In this document: piece by piece, positions 36,916 to 50,654 of the stretch | Position numbering within the stretch: position 1 is the first letter of the stretch | Layout: every line of letters starts with the position of its first letter | The notes under the pieces: model-generated | Told to the model about the DNA's origin: nothing | The model's database searches: none | What the model saw: only the letters and a program-made list of their open reading frames with translations | Position numbers and translations under genes: made by a program | Origin: Octopus sinensis | Lineage: Eukaryota | NCBI RefSeq assembly: GCF_006345805.1 | Contig: NC_042997.1 | Location: forward strand, 57,226,001-57,290,000 | Reading direction: 5' to 3' | DNA: 64,000 nucleotides

Positions 36916-39900
36916 AAAGACTATAGACTTATATACCACAACCAGCATTGTTTCATGTCATTTGTCATGACAGTTCTACTTGCTTTAATTCACATAGCTG
37001 AAGAATTAGAATTGGCCTCATCCATTCAATACAACAAAATGTAATGTTAAATATTAGCTATAAGTTGGAAAAATATCAACTTTTTATTTTATACTAAAAT
37101 ACTCATCCAGAAATATGCTACTTGCTATGTAAGTTAATTCACAGGTTTAAATTGATTTTATCTCAATTCTGTCTGCTAAAAACTGTTATACATCATGAGG
37201 CAGGAAGATAAAAAGCTAGAATTTAAATGAAACTGTTGTATTGCCCAGCAGTAACAAAGTATATGATTGGTTTCTAATCAATATTTTTACTGCTCTGAAC
37301 CACAGGGTGTACAACTAATAATTTTTCCTATTATTTCAATCTATAATACATTTTTTTGCAACAATATTTATAAATATAGTCTTCTGATATTTCAACACAT
37401 GTTTTATTAAGAGATAAATTTTTAAAATATATATGTGTTCAATCTGCTTCAGTGCACATGAGTAACTGCTAGTATACCTATATTTGTAAACTTCAAAGAA
37501 AAGAAAGATAACCATAACTGGAATACAGCTACAAGCATACTGTATTGGTGAAGGAGTATAAGTTACAGTTGAGGTATAATCTGTAAGTGAGTGGATTTAA
37601 GTGTGTTGTCCAAAGATAAACTCATTTACAAACCTAATAACAATACATTATTCACTCAGTCATTTTATTTTACAAGAATGGTGTAAATTTGTTTAAATCA
37701 GTAAAACATTGGTATCTTAAGATGAAGCTGGCCCTAATGAATAGCAAAAGAATATATGGTAAAGTTCATGTCAGGCATTCCACTATCTCTGCAAACTCAA
37801 TAATTCCAATTATTATTACTATTAATAAGAGAAAAGGTTGACTTTTATAGAATGAGTGTAAAGTTTTGTTATTTGCTTATTTCATAAGCACAGGTATAGG
37901 AACAAGGATCAAATAGCTGTAAACTGTGAATTTCTATTTCGACATAGTGGGAGCACAACCAACAGAACATATGAGAAGGGGTAACAATATCAACCGTGAT
38001 CCTGTAGCAATGGAATCAATTGTGTGTCCCCATTTATTTTTATTGCAATATATAGAAAAAAAAAGACAAGTTCACACAAAAACTTGTACATGCCATGTGA
38101 CTGGTGATTTTTAATTATTTAAACAAATGTACAGCATTTCTTATATATTGATTAGTAGTTCAATACATGACAATGAGTTTAACCAATGAGATTGATTTCA
38201 TTAATTTACTAATATTTAATTTATTGATAACAAAGATTTTTTAAAAGATACAACCGTGTTAGAATTTCAGCTTGTAAGTTACATACAAACAGGATACAAC
38301 AAAGCGTCAATAGCAAAATGATCTCAATTGCAGCAAATACACCACTCTCTGAATACTAAAATGAATCAATATTGAATATCTGAAAGTCTGTCGATGTTTC
38401 TTGATACAAGGCTAGATCCAGCTGACTCCTATGTGCATTAATCCCACTGAGTGTATAAAACTACGAAATAGAAGATCGTAATTCCTAAAGATTTTTTTTT
38501 AGAGATCTTTAATATATAAAGAAATCCAATAAAGAAAGCAAAAAAGGTCATTTCCACTTCTGTCATTTGAGACATTTATTTTATAAGCTAAATGCACATA
38601 GGTGGCAAGATTATAAGTGTATTTTATTATTTAAATAATATAAGGCAGTGAGCTGGCAGAATCGTTAGCATGCCAGGCAAAATGCTTCACAGCATTTAAC
38701 CAGTTATTGTTCCGAGATCAGATGCTGACAGGGTTAAGTTTGTCTCTCATGGTTTTGGGGTCAATAAAATAAGTACCAGTTGAATACTTAATTCTCCTCT
38801 TTCAGCACATGACAATATATACAGAAAACTCAAGGATACACTGGCACATACAAACATGTACAGATTTAAGAAAAACTGTCACGCCTTAGTTATAAATTCA
38901 AAAATTTCTCTGCTTTTACTGCATTTTCTCTGCTCAGCCCACATAATTACATTTCACCAAAATAACTATTTCAAGCATGAACTAATGAGGCAGCCACTAC
39001 ATAGTCACTTGCTCTGCTAAAAATAGTAGCTAAATCTTCTGCAAATCATATTTTACTGTCTTAAAAAGATTCATAAGATAAATTAGACTAAGAATTTGCA
39101 ATAAAAATGAAATGGTCATGGATGGAAGACAGTTTACTTTAGGTCTACAGGATCAGAGCCAAACCAGGGGTAAACAACAGCACTTCAAGGTTCATAAAAG
39201 ATAATGTGCCATATAAAACGTAAAACAGTAAGGCAATTAAAGTAGTTAGCTTTTAGGATTTCATGCAATTGTAGAAATTTGCAAAAGTAAAAGATCATTA
39301 AGCTGATAATAATAAAGCAGAAGTAAGGCAAAAAAACTCATAAAGTGAAACAGCTAAACACGATTATGACATCAACAAAGGTCAAAATGCAATCTTGCAA
39401 AAACAATTAACATGTTTTGCAATGGAAAAAAAGATCAAAAAGCATAGTGATGAACATGATTGTTAGCCTTGATCACACAAACTTATGACAATGCTTATTA
39501 TTAAAATATTTTTTCTATATAATGTCTCTAGAACTACATAATCTTTATTATCAAACAACCTTTATAATCAAACAAAGAAAATCAGCTTAGTAAAATGGTT
39601 AAAGAATTACATCTCAAACACAAAACAATTTATTCTCAGTATGCAACAAAGTGATTATGATTATAATTAGGACTGTGTCAATATTTTTACCTCCACTTTA
39701 GTATTATAAATAATGACTATTGGATATGCATTTCTATTTTGTAACCATAATTTTTCTGTGAATATTTTTTCTAATAAGTAGTGAAGGAGGATTAAAATAA
39801 TTTAAGGAGTTTAATCAAATAAGAGACAAAACAAAATAGCAATACCAGCAGTAATGAGAACAACATTTTTGCTATCAAATAACTTCATTGTAGGAATCGT

Positions 39901-40163
39901 TTTAATTGCTTATCCAGTGGACACATATGGCTTGTTACAATTTTCTTTTGTTTTGATTTTATAATGGGAAGAAGTTGATAGGTCACCATTTATAATGATG
40001 ATGTAGTGAAGAAATGGGCTAAGATTTAAATAAGTTGAAAAAGTGACAACTTATTCCACTTGTTATAATAATAGAAGATTGCCAAAGGGAATGATGTTAA
40101 TACAACAGTCTGGAACAAACATCCAAATGACTTCAGTTCTGTTGGGTCTGATAATGTGGCTGT

Positions 40164-42875
40164 CAGAGCTGATCTTAGGCCAGTTGGACTGATTGCTCCC
40201 AATTGGGCCCTGCACTCAGGGAGGCCACATCCTATACTGTGACATTTTATGAAGGTGGTCTCCCTGAAGTTTAAAAAAATCTACATAAAATTGCTCTTTA
40301 AAAAAAACAAAAAAAACATCTACTTTCTACACTTTAGCAACACAAGATGCCAAAAAATAAACCCATTCATCCAAGATTGCTTGGGTCAGCCTTGCTTGTA
40401 TTTTTGGTGCAAGGGTTAATTGTATGTATGCATGTGTATATGTGAATGTTTAGGAGTGTTTATTGGCATGTTTGGGTAAAATATTTGTGTGTATGTAGTC
40501 GTTTAAGTGTATGGTGAATTGTATGTATATATGTGGTGTGTGAGTTGCTATAAAATATACTTTGTATATGTTTAATTTTGGGGAATCTTATTTCAGTAAA
40601 GTGTTTTGGGGGCAACCAGAACTGTCTCAAGTGTAACTGTCTGAAACAGTAAGGACTTCTGGTAAACTTGACTGAGGAAAGAAGGCCACGAATGACCCAT
40701 CTTTTTTCCAGTCCTTCTAATTGTTGTTTCTCCTGTCTGCCTTTGTATCGTCTATCTGTCTGAATGTTTTACTATCCTCTATTGCGGTTTTGTTCCATCT
40801 TTTTATATTTATATATATACATATAGCCGCGTACGTACACACTTGTGCTCACCTTATGGTAGGTATGTATCTAAATTTTGTATGGCTCTTACTCTATCTT
40901 TTAGACCCTCTCATACTTCCTTCCTCTTTTCTTTTTCTCACACCCACTCTCTCTCTCACATTTCTTGGCCCTCTCTTTCTTTAACTCCTACCATTTCCCT
41001 CTTGTTTATCTCCCCTGTACCTTTCCTTTTGATTTTTTTCTACTCCTTCAATCCCACTGCCCCTACCCCTCTCTCCTCCTTCTATGGTACCGATGTCCGG
41101 CCAGCTATGATCTTTCTTTCTGGCCTGACTGCTGGCCATCAACACCTCTTATGTCCATCTATGTTCCTGCCTTTAGGCTTTTACTTCATACACACCAGCT
41201 CAATTTGATTTGTTCTCAGTTGAAAGACACCTGTTGTTATTTTCTTGTTTGTGTTTGCAATTGTGTACCATGTTCTCCGTGTTTTTCTCTTTATTGCCAT
41301 ACACATTCGCTAGAGTTCTTACAAAAAAATCTAACACTCTTGTATCATGTATCTGTCCAAATGTTTTATTGTCCTCTATTGCATTTTTGTTCCATTTTCT
41401 ACACACACACACATATATATTAGCTTGCAATGTAACACAGCTAAACTGGCTCATAATGGGAAAATTACTCTGAAAATAACTTAACCCTGAAAGGGAAGAA
41501 ACTCTAACCTTTCAATTATGACTAACTTGCCAACTAAAAAATACTAGCCTTTACAGTAAGTGTTTCTATTTTAGCTTTTGTTAAACAATATTTTAAACAT
41601 TTGAAATATTTTTAAGTGAATGTGATTTCAAAAATGTGAGTTGCTTGCACAGTAAGTATTTATATTTTAGCTTTCTTTAAACAGACAATATTTTAATTGT
41701 TTTTTAAATTATTTTCAAGTGAATACCATAACAAAATTTTTTTTTTTGGCATATTTAAAAAATATTTGTAAGTGAAAATGACTTTAAAAATACAATAAAT
41801 ATTTTGTAAAAGACCCGTTCATAACCTTGGTGTGAAATAATTTTTTTTGCTATAGGATTTTTTCAACGTATTTCACCTCCAAAGATTTGGCTGCTATTTG
41901 CAATAAAGGACCCAAAATAGCTGTTACATGATAGCAGGGCATGCAAGAAATAGCAACCAAATCTTTCCTTTTCTGGGGAAAGAAGCTGTTTATGTGTGAT
42001 TTCGATGTCACATTCATTGAAAGCATGCAAAATAACCTGGAACAGAAAAGAAAACCCACGAAACAAAACTACATTGGTGAGAAACTCAGTTTCCCAGGAA
42101 ACTCCAAGGTTCCCACCACCCTTCCCCCTTTCTTTTCCAGAAGAAAAGTGACTTGAGGTGGGTTTGGAGGGGAGATACATTGAATGAACTCAAAAAAACC
42201 TGTGGAAAAATCTATTTCACACCAAAGTACGAACAGGTGCTTCACAAAATATTTACCCAAGATTGGAACAAGCATGTGAATAGAAGGATCGATGAGACTA
42301 ATAAAACAAGGGCTGGGTGTCTGGCAGAACAGAGGGGAAAAGAGAAAAGCAGGAGAGATCTGGAATCAGACACTTGAAGAGCTGAGTGTCTGGCAAAACA
42401 GAGGGAAAGAGACAAAAGTAGATGTCATGAATCAGATGCTCATGTAAATACAAACAGAATAAAACAAGTTTCGTGTAATTGGACCATGGGTTGCCACAGT
42501 GTTTTCTATAGCAGAGGTTATAGAAAAAAATAAAAGGTAAGTATATAACCAGCTTCTGAAAAATTCTAATTATTAATTTGCATTTTATGCATATCTCTTT
42601 TAGAGTAACATTATGTAACAGATAAAATTTTCTTTGGGATCTTGTTAAATTTCTTTCCAGTTTTTGCCAGAATATTTTTAAAAAGCAGTTTAGATGTAGT
42701 TTTGCTACTGATGGTGAAAATTTTTGGTAAATTTAAAGTTAAACACCCAGCTCAATTTTGGTTGTAAATAATGTTTTTTCCTCGCCCCCCCCCTTCTGCT
42801 ATCAATTAATCTTGTCTAATAAATTTCCCCCTCCCCTCACCCAATTGGGCCCTACACCTCCTAAGGTTGGCCCTG
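40164..42875. mobile_element. Non-autonomous hAT-type DNA transposon (2.7 kb)
   Basis: Imperfect 16-bp TIRs CAGAGCTGATCTTAGG and CCTAAGGTTGGCCCTG. Exact 8-bp TSD GTGGCTGT at 40156-40163 and 42876-42883. Subterminal CCAATTGGGCCC near both ends. No recognisable transposase. Confidence 0.85.
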
Positions 42876-44099
42876 GTGGCTGTGGTCTGCTGTCTGTTGC
42901 TGCAATGACAAAGACGTGCAACGACTGGTTGAAGAAAGCTGTGAAACATGGTTGTTACCTATTCATTGGCAGCTGGTTCAAAAAAGACCAAGAGCAGGAG
43001 AAACTGGTGCTTATATAACCATGGGGTGGCTCCACAGGCCAAGATGTTTTTTCCCCACGTTGGGAATAAACTCTATTGCAAACACATGATTAGACAGTTA
43101 AAACCTGCAACTAATTTGGCTAATACCTGGGTCATGTAACTTGATGCTAAGAAAAGCTCTGGAGAGCCAATATTCCAGTATTTAAGGTTAAACAGCTATG
43201 TTGACAAGATGTCTAATATTACAATAAAATGAAAGTGTTAAACAGTTTTACTACAATTTCAAAGATAATACACATATGGATCCCATTAATTCATTGTTTA
43301 TAAACATTCGATAACTTTACTTGAAAACAATTACATCTAATAATTAGAACCATGCTGTAAATACACCGAAATTAGCAATCAACAAACATTGTTGAACACA
43401 GAGGTTGTTCAAGAACAGCAGCTCCAAAACAACCGTGAGTTGGCTCCAAACTTATTGAATCAATAGAACACAAGTGAATAACTATTATTTCATGCAATTA
43501 TGCATGGTAAGAGAGAAATACAACAAACATTGTACAACAGAATAAAGTTCAATCTTGTGTTGACATTGAATAATTGAACAGTTGTTATTAAATACCTGAA
43601 TTTGTAAATGAACAGGCCAACATCCAGTGTCTCTGGCTCACCGACATCTTATTTGAAATCTTTCCTGTTTGTTTACACAACTTATTCACCAATATTCATT
43701 TTAAATGTTTTTATATAAGCACTAACTTATAAAAAGTCTAGTAATACTAGGTTCAAGAGAGTAAATTTCAAAAGTAGGGATTAAGCAGGATTAATGCAGC
43801 AAAGATGAAACCTTTACTTGGTCTCCCAACTTGCAAGGAATAGCAGCTAAATCTTCCATAAACTATACCATAACGTCTAAAAAGCAAAGTAGCGGATACT
43901 TGCACTTCAAAAATTGTAATTAAATAAATAATAAAGCGACAGTCCCAGATGAAACATTTCATTCATTTTCTCGGTAACCTCTTCAGCCACCCCTCACCAA
44001 CTAGCCTCTTGCTTCTTTCAAGCTGCCCACTGGTGCTGACGCCATGCATGCAGGCCCCTTCTAATTGCATGCAAAGGTTTCGAGTCCAGGTCAATCACA

Positions 44100-44640
44100 A
44101 ACTGAGGGTGAGGTTTCTGCTGTGGTGTGCATATTGGCCTCAAGCAACACAGTGCTCAAATCCACACCAGGTATCCTGGCCATTCTCCTCTCGAGCATCC
44201 TGAACCTTCAGCAAATATCAGAGATTTGGAAATCCCTGACAATGACATGGCTTTGACAGCATCCAGTGATGATGTGGTTGCTGCCTTGAGATTCTTCTCT
44301 ATGAGCAGCAGTGATGGAGTAAATGACCTGCAACCCAGCCATCTCAGAGATTTAATCTTACAACATAAGGCAGGAACACTTGGAGTGAACTATTGCTACA
44401 CTCCGCCAGTGCTCCAATTTATCACTGCTCAAACAGACAGTCTTCTTCATGTGGACTTCCCCACCATGCCTGAGATTTCTTCTCAGTCAACTTGACTGTG
44501 CTGAAGAAGAAAGACAGAGACATCCATCCAATAGCAGTGGGCAATATCTTTTGACAACTTACTGCCAGGATAGCATGTAAATCAGTCACTGATGATCTCA
44601 GCAAGGCACTAAGCCCTGTCCATCTGGGGGTGGAAGTCAA
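44100..44640 (+). mobile_element. CRE-clade non-LTR RT fragment
   Basis: VVAALRFF..SSSDGVNDLQPSHLRDLI resembles G.DGLRPQHLKDL, and LKKKDRDIHPIAVGNIF resembles L.KKDGGIRPIAVG. Confidence 0.65.
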
Positions 44641-44803
44641 CTGGAGAGAAACAGAGGACAAAGGAGAAAAGTTATCAATAGCATATACTCCACAGGGAGT
44701 GAAGGGCTTAAGTATCTAAGTTATGTTAAAACATTCTTCTGTGCTAAAAGATAATGAAAATTGATTATTTTTTATCAGGATGCTGTCAGGATGAAAGGGT
44801 TAA

Positions 44804-45022
44804 CCCTTTCATTACCAACCCCTGAAACCGGCTCTGGCTCTGTAGTACAAATGTCTTGTTTTCATAAGTTTTGAATTAAAATCTTCCACCAAACCTTAGT
44901 CACAATTTATGTTCCTAACTGTAGCTAAATGATAACTAAGTTATTTTACTAAATTCTTTGTTATATTTAAAGTAATTTAAAGAAACACAAAGCATCTCAA
45001 AATAAATACAATAACGAAAGGG
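44804..45022 (+). mobile_element. piggyBac-like MITE
   Basis: TTAA|CCCTTTCATTACC ... TAACGAAAGGG; the right TSD is not intact. Confidence 0.7.
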
Positions 45023-46645
45023 TAGGGTACTGGAAATAACAAAAGCAGCAGCAATATATCTTTAACAGTAGATCATTGAGCTGAGTTCACAGTTGTTAGA
45101 GACCAACATAGCATTTCCCATCTTTGAAGATCACACAAAATAACTACTACCATTACATTACTGAAATGATTCAGTATACCCTACTATTTTTTTATATAAC
45201 CATTTCTTATATAAAAATCAGTCATTTGTCTAAAATGATGTTTGCAACTTATTGAATTTAATCAGCAATCATTTATATTTTACTGATATAAGCACACATC
45301 AACTATAAGATAATGAGAGGACTTGTATGAAATAATGAAGGAACCCCCAATTCAATCATTGATCCTGCTTTAAATAGCAACCAAAATCCCTCAAATCACA
45401 CCTTATCATCTTAAAAAAAGAAAGGACATATTGTATAGTGTAGTCCTAGATGCACAATGTAGAAAAAAAAATGAAAGCTGGAATGGTTATGAGGAAAACA
45501 TGATCATAGGTCTGTCGAATGAGAACTGACCTAGAAGTTAGACAGCAGCAACAGAAACATAATGGAAATTATGTAACTGTTATGCCATATTAAGCTATAT
45601 TAATGGTAACTGTGATATGTACTGGGAATCTAGATCAAGTCATGAAATATTTAAGTGTAATGGGGTTCTTACAATTAATAAAACACAAAAATAACTGAAA
45701 CTGGTAGGATGAATGGACTATCATTAGTTCATCTAAATTATTACTCTCATAAGCAAATTAAAAAAAAAACATTTCAAAGGGACAGCAAAGATAAACATCC
45801 CCCACTAATAAATAGATCTTAAATTTTACAGTTTCCATCATATTTTTATATTTATATATTTATGTGATAATTTACTCATAAAAAACAATTTTTTGTCAGT
45901 AGTCTACAACTACTGTTAGAGATTTTCATTAAAATTCAATAAATGAATTCTTAGCAATTCTTTTTTCTTTATTCAACATTTCTGCCAATAGATAAAATAG
46001 ATGAAATATTGATGTTACCATCTATATGATATAGCAGTTATTGTTTGAATAGTAAACAAGATTCAAAACCTGAAAACAAAGAACTTTTAAGTGATGAAGC
46101 TGTAGAACTCATATTGGCATGGCTTTGGAACATTTAGCAAAGCATTTGTACTTGGTTGATTTCCTACTGAAGGATTAGTATTAGGAAATTAAAACTGTTG
46201 TCTAACAATTCATGCTCTGTCTAAATCTGATTAACAAACCAATTTATTCTGGCATTAGAAGACTGATACAAAAAATGACTACAAAAGAAAAGAAAATCTC
46301 CTAAAAACTTATATTTGAAAGAGAGTAAATGAGTTTTGAAGACAAATTATTTTAGGAAAAATATCCAGCATTTAAGCTAAACTTAGATTCCAAACCTGTG
46401 TGAGACTAATGTTTCCTAGTTTATTGTGCACCTACAAAAAAAAAATGCTAATTTCTTTTTATATCACTAATTCTAAAAACTGTGTAGTGTACACAGCACA
46501 GTGTGAACCATAGCTATTTTTTGTTTGTACTCTTTTCTTCTAGTCTGTATTATCTTCGATTGGATTGACTAAATAACAACAATAAAAGCAACAGAAACAT
46601 TATTCAAGAGTGTACTGTATTGAACTTAATCCAACCATATCAAAA

Positions 46646-46667
46646 GCAGTCAGCAAATGACTCAGCA
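46646..46667 (+). promoter_or_regulatory. ARE/NF-E2 site preceded by a Maf half-site
   Basis: GCAGTCAGCA-AA-TGACTCAGCA; motif match only. Confidence 0.25.
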
Positions 46668-47414
46668 GTTAAATTTACATGCTTCAAGTAGTGTAAGGAA
46701 GCTGGCTGACCGGAAATCAACAACAGAGGTAAATTGTGAAAAATAAATAAAAAAAAGCCAGCAAAATTGAATTTCCAGCAACAAACTGAACTACAAATTA
46801 GCTTTGTTTGTCACTAAAAGGTGCCAAATATCTCCATGCTACAGCAATACAGTTACCTCTAAAAAAGGCATTAATGAATCTGTATAAGAATAGTTCTATT
46901 CATTCAGAATCAAAGTAAAACACATTGATATTCAGCCAGAATTAAGGTTGTATATCAGGAATTAACATACAAGACATGTTGGCTGTGTAATGGCCAACTA
47001 AACCAAAGACTAAGAGTTCAAAAACTGTCATATGCAGCGGCTGAGCTTTACTCAACACCCACCTGCCAAATAGATATTCTTAGTTTCCAAATTCAGTAAT
47101 TTATTCTAGGAAAAACAGAACCTGTAGAAATATATTAAACATGTTTCCAGTATTCCTGGAAATATTCAAATAAAAAAAAATTAGACCAGCAAAGAAAAAT
47201 TTTAAAACCAAAACTATGTATATATGTGAATGGCGGTGCCCCAGCATGGCCACAGCTCATGAGCTGAAACTAGATAAAATATAAAATATAAATATATATA
47301 TATTGTTGTGACATCAAGTTAACTCATCAAAAATAAATAATCATCACAGACTAGCAAAGGTGAAATATATAAAATTGTTTAAAAACAGAAAAATATTTTG
47401 TGCATATTGCTGTT

Positions 47415-47610
47415 GCTTAGCACCAAGTTAGCTCTGCTCTAGTACACTTATGATCAAAGATGTTCCATCTGTGACCATCCCATTTTTCTCTAGTCTAATA
47501 TGTCTAGAACTACCATCCTTGCTGAAGATGGTATGGTATTCTGTAAAGGAGATTTGGTTGCTGTTTCTAACAAACTGAGCAATTATGTAGAGGCTCTTTC
47601 ATCATCCCTG
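47415..47610. repeat. Old dispersed repeat family E (representative copy)
   Basis: Motifs ATGATCAAAG..TTCCA.C..TGACCATC and GAGATTTGG(C/T)TGCT(A/G)TTTCTA recur near 2355-2560, 5090-5250, 22180-22350, 25800-26010, 39000-39180, 45370-45560, 53000-53150, 54350-54530 and 63340-63600. Confidence 0.55.
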
Positions 47611-48856
47611 TTTTATGTACTGATTTATAATTGACATTATCTGAAGTAAACATCCAGAATATTGAAATATAAAACATTTTTTTTTATTTTTATCGATTTC
47701 TTAGTTCTTCAATTCAACATTATCACCTTCATTCTTCAGTTCAGTCCAATATGTCCTTGGCTTGTACTAAGGGTCATTTCAATCAGCTATACCCTCTCTT
47801 GCAAATTTATACCTTTATTCTGATCTAAGAAATCAATATTCCTTTGATAAGCTCAAGGACATTTAACTATTTGACACACAGAGATTAATGAAACATACAA
47901 TAGCTTATTAATATTACAATACCTTTCCTAATAGCTTGCTGCCCTTAATACAATTTCTTTAATGATCTTTTGCTAATTTCATAGCAAACTGGTGTAAGCT
48001 CAGTGTCAAGGGAATGGAACAAATCCTTAAATAAGATATCACTGACAGACTTTTATAACTGTGAGCATAAAGAGGCTGTTGATTAGAATATGAAATAATG
48101 AGACAAGATTGCTTCCTTAATTAACATTCTATGACACCATACAGATTTATAAGCATGATAGGATTTGTACTACAAGTTAATTTTAGAACTAAAGTAGATG
48201 GCCAAATTAGTAACTATTACTTAACATTGACTTCTATTCACAAATGTAAAACTTTACCTTTTTTGTGTTGTGTGTGCAAGTGAGGGTTGAAAAAAATAAC
48301 TTCTGAATGAAAATATTTTTCCAAAATTTTACATATGCAAACACTTCATGCTTCATATATCAAATATCAGCAAAAGAATTTAGATTCAAATAATATGCCA
48401 TATATTCTCTGTTTTGATAGATATGCTATAAAACTTACAATAATATAATAGAAATCAATATTTGCAAGCAGCTGATACAGTTGAATAAATTGGGTACTCT
48501 GTATAAGAAATGAAATTAATCAGAGTAAATTTCAAATATTAGAAAAGAAATAACATCCTTAGAATTAATACAGGTCAACATGACAATTATTTAAAGAAGT
48601 GCAACATCTGTTTCTCACTCAGGTTTATTCCTTATATCATGTGTTCGTAAGCAGAGAATGACTGAGTAATAAAACAGTAAAGTACACAAACCGAAATTTG
48701 TGGCAAGAATAATATCAATATGAGAAACATAACAAAGGCATGAACTTGTATTTCCTAAATAGTTTGAAAGGCGAGATGTATATTGAGCCTTTTTCAATTT
48801 ATGGCAGTGTTACTTTAAGAAATTACAAAAAGAATGATATCTATATATATATAACT

Positions 48857-49600
48857 TTTATCTTTCACTTGTTGAAATCATTTGACTACAACCATGCTGG
48901 AGCACTACCTTGAAGGGTTTTAGTTGAACAAATCAACCCCAGTATTTAAGTCTGGCACTTATTCTACTGACCTTTTATTAAACTGCTAAGTTACAGAGAT
49001 GTAAACAAACCGACACTGTCAAGTGGTGGAAAGATGGCACAAACCCACATGCACAAATAAATATATATATATATATATCATCATCATCGTTTAGCGTCCG
49101 CTTTCCATGCTAGCATGGGTTGGACAGTTCAACTGGAGTCTGGGAAGCCAGAAGGCTGCACCAGGCCCAGTCTGATCTGGCAATGTTTCTACGGCTGGAT
49201 GCCCTTCCTAACGCCAACCACTCCGTGAGTGTAGTGGGTGCTTTTTACATGCCACCGGCACAAGTGCCGGACGAGGCTGGCAAATGGCCATGATCGGATG
49301 GTGCTTTTTACGTGCCACCGGCACGAGGCCAGTCGGGGTGGCGCTGGCAATGGCCATGTTCCGATGGTTCTCTTACATACCACCGGCACTGGTATCACAG
49401 CTGCAATTTCCATTGATGTTGATCAATATATATACATATATATATAAACAGACTTCCACACAGTTTCCATCTACCAAATTCACTCAAAGCAGTTGTCAGT
49501 CCAGGACTATAGTAGAAAACACACAAGGTGCAGTGGAGTTAGACTGAACCCGAAACCACATGGTTGCAAAAAGAGCTTCTTAACCACTCAGCCATGTACG
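48857..49600 (-). mobile_element. SINE family A interrupted in its (TA)n tract by an RTE 3' end
   Basis: 3' half at 48857-49060, (TA)n, insertion at 49079-49425, (TA)n, head at 49430-49600. Confidence 0.82.
49079..49425 (-). mobile_element. RTE-family 3' end, young copy
   Basis: CATCATCATCG tail, perfect CCATGCTAGCATGG hairpin, 3 minisatellite units, and TA repeats on both sides. Confidence 0.88.
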
Positions 49601-50089
49601 CATGCACACACAATGCTTGTTAAATCATTGAAGACAAACTACATGCAGTATGTAGATACAGAACCTCTACAGTCACTCAAACTGGTAGAAACAGCAGCCA
49701 AATCTTCTTTCAATAACACTAACAACTTGTAAAAAAGGAAACATTCTAGATAAAGTAATCTGAGACACACAATAGGATGGTGATGAATGGAATGTATCTG
49801 ATAACTGGGAGCTATACCACAATATTGTTCTATGATCTGTAGCAAGAACTTCAGAGACTGAATGGGTGTAAGTTAAACACCAGTTCTAGTCCAATCCCCA
49901 AAGTTAAGTAATGACAAGCCTGGTAGTACTTTGACCAGTGGCTGCTCAAGAAACCTAGGCATTGTAAGCACAATGTTCATGATAGTGCCTCACCATAGCC
50001 ACAGCCAACAGAAAAAAATAATCAAATTATTAGAAGAGCTGGTTAACTGAATACAAGAAAAATGGCTGTCCTTTTGCAGACATGAGCTA

Positions 50090-50654
50090 TTGGGTTGTCC
50101 GGAAAGTTTGTGCCGATTTATAGTAGCTTACCTTTTGACTTATTTTAGAACATGGTTGAGTCCATAAAATAGGATTTGACTACACCTCCATTTAGAGCAC
50201 AGTTTAAGCCATATTTTCGTGGAAGAAGGCTTATGTTCCTATAACCTGTGTTAATTCTGTAACCCTTTAAAATGAAAGATAAGAAAGTTCATTTTCGGCA
50301 CTTGATGCTTTGGGAACCAGACGAAAATTGTTGCAGCTCGGCTGGGATTTGTTACCCACTCTCCATATTCACCAGATATTGCTCTTTCAGATTTCCACTT
50401 ATTCAGGTCTCTGCAGAATAGTCTTAATGATAAATATTTCAATTCCTTGGATGACATAAAAAGATACTTTGATGAATTCTTTGCTATGAAACTACCTCAA
50501 TTCTGGGAAGAGGGTATTTTCAAGTTAAAGGAAAGATGGAGACGTATTGTGCAACAAAATGGTTCATATTTGGTTGATTAAAAATGTAATGGCAAGTATT
50601 CATTGACCTTTTTCTTTCCTTTAAAAATTAACACGAACTTTCCGGACAACCCAA
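50090..50654 (+). mobile_element. Internally deleted mariner (565 bp)
   Basis: TA|TTGGGTTGTCCGGAAAGTTTGTG ... CACGAACTTTCCGGACAACCCAA|TA. It retains the C-terminus HSPYSPDIALSDFHLFRSLQN...NGSYLVD*. Confidence 0.93.

Noticed and set aside
41863-42180. Minus-strand ORF with a good-looking splice acceptor near 42020
   Set aside because: It lies inside the hAT element, contains the family E repeat motif GATTTGG(T/C)TGCTATTT, and gives no recognisable protein.
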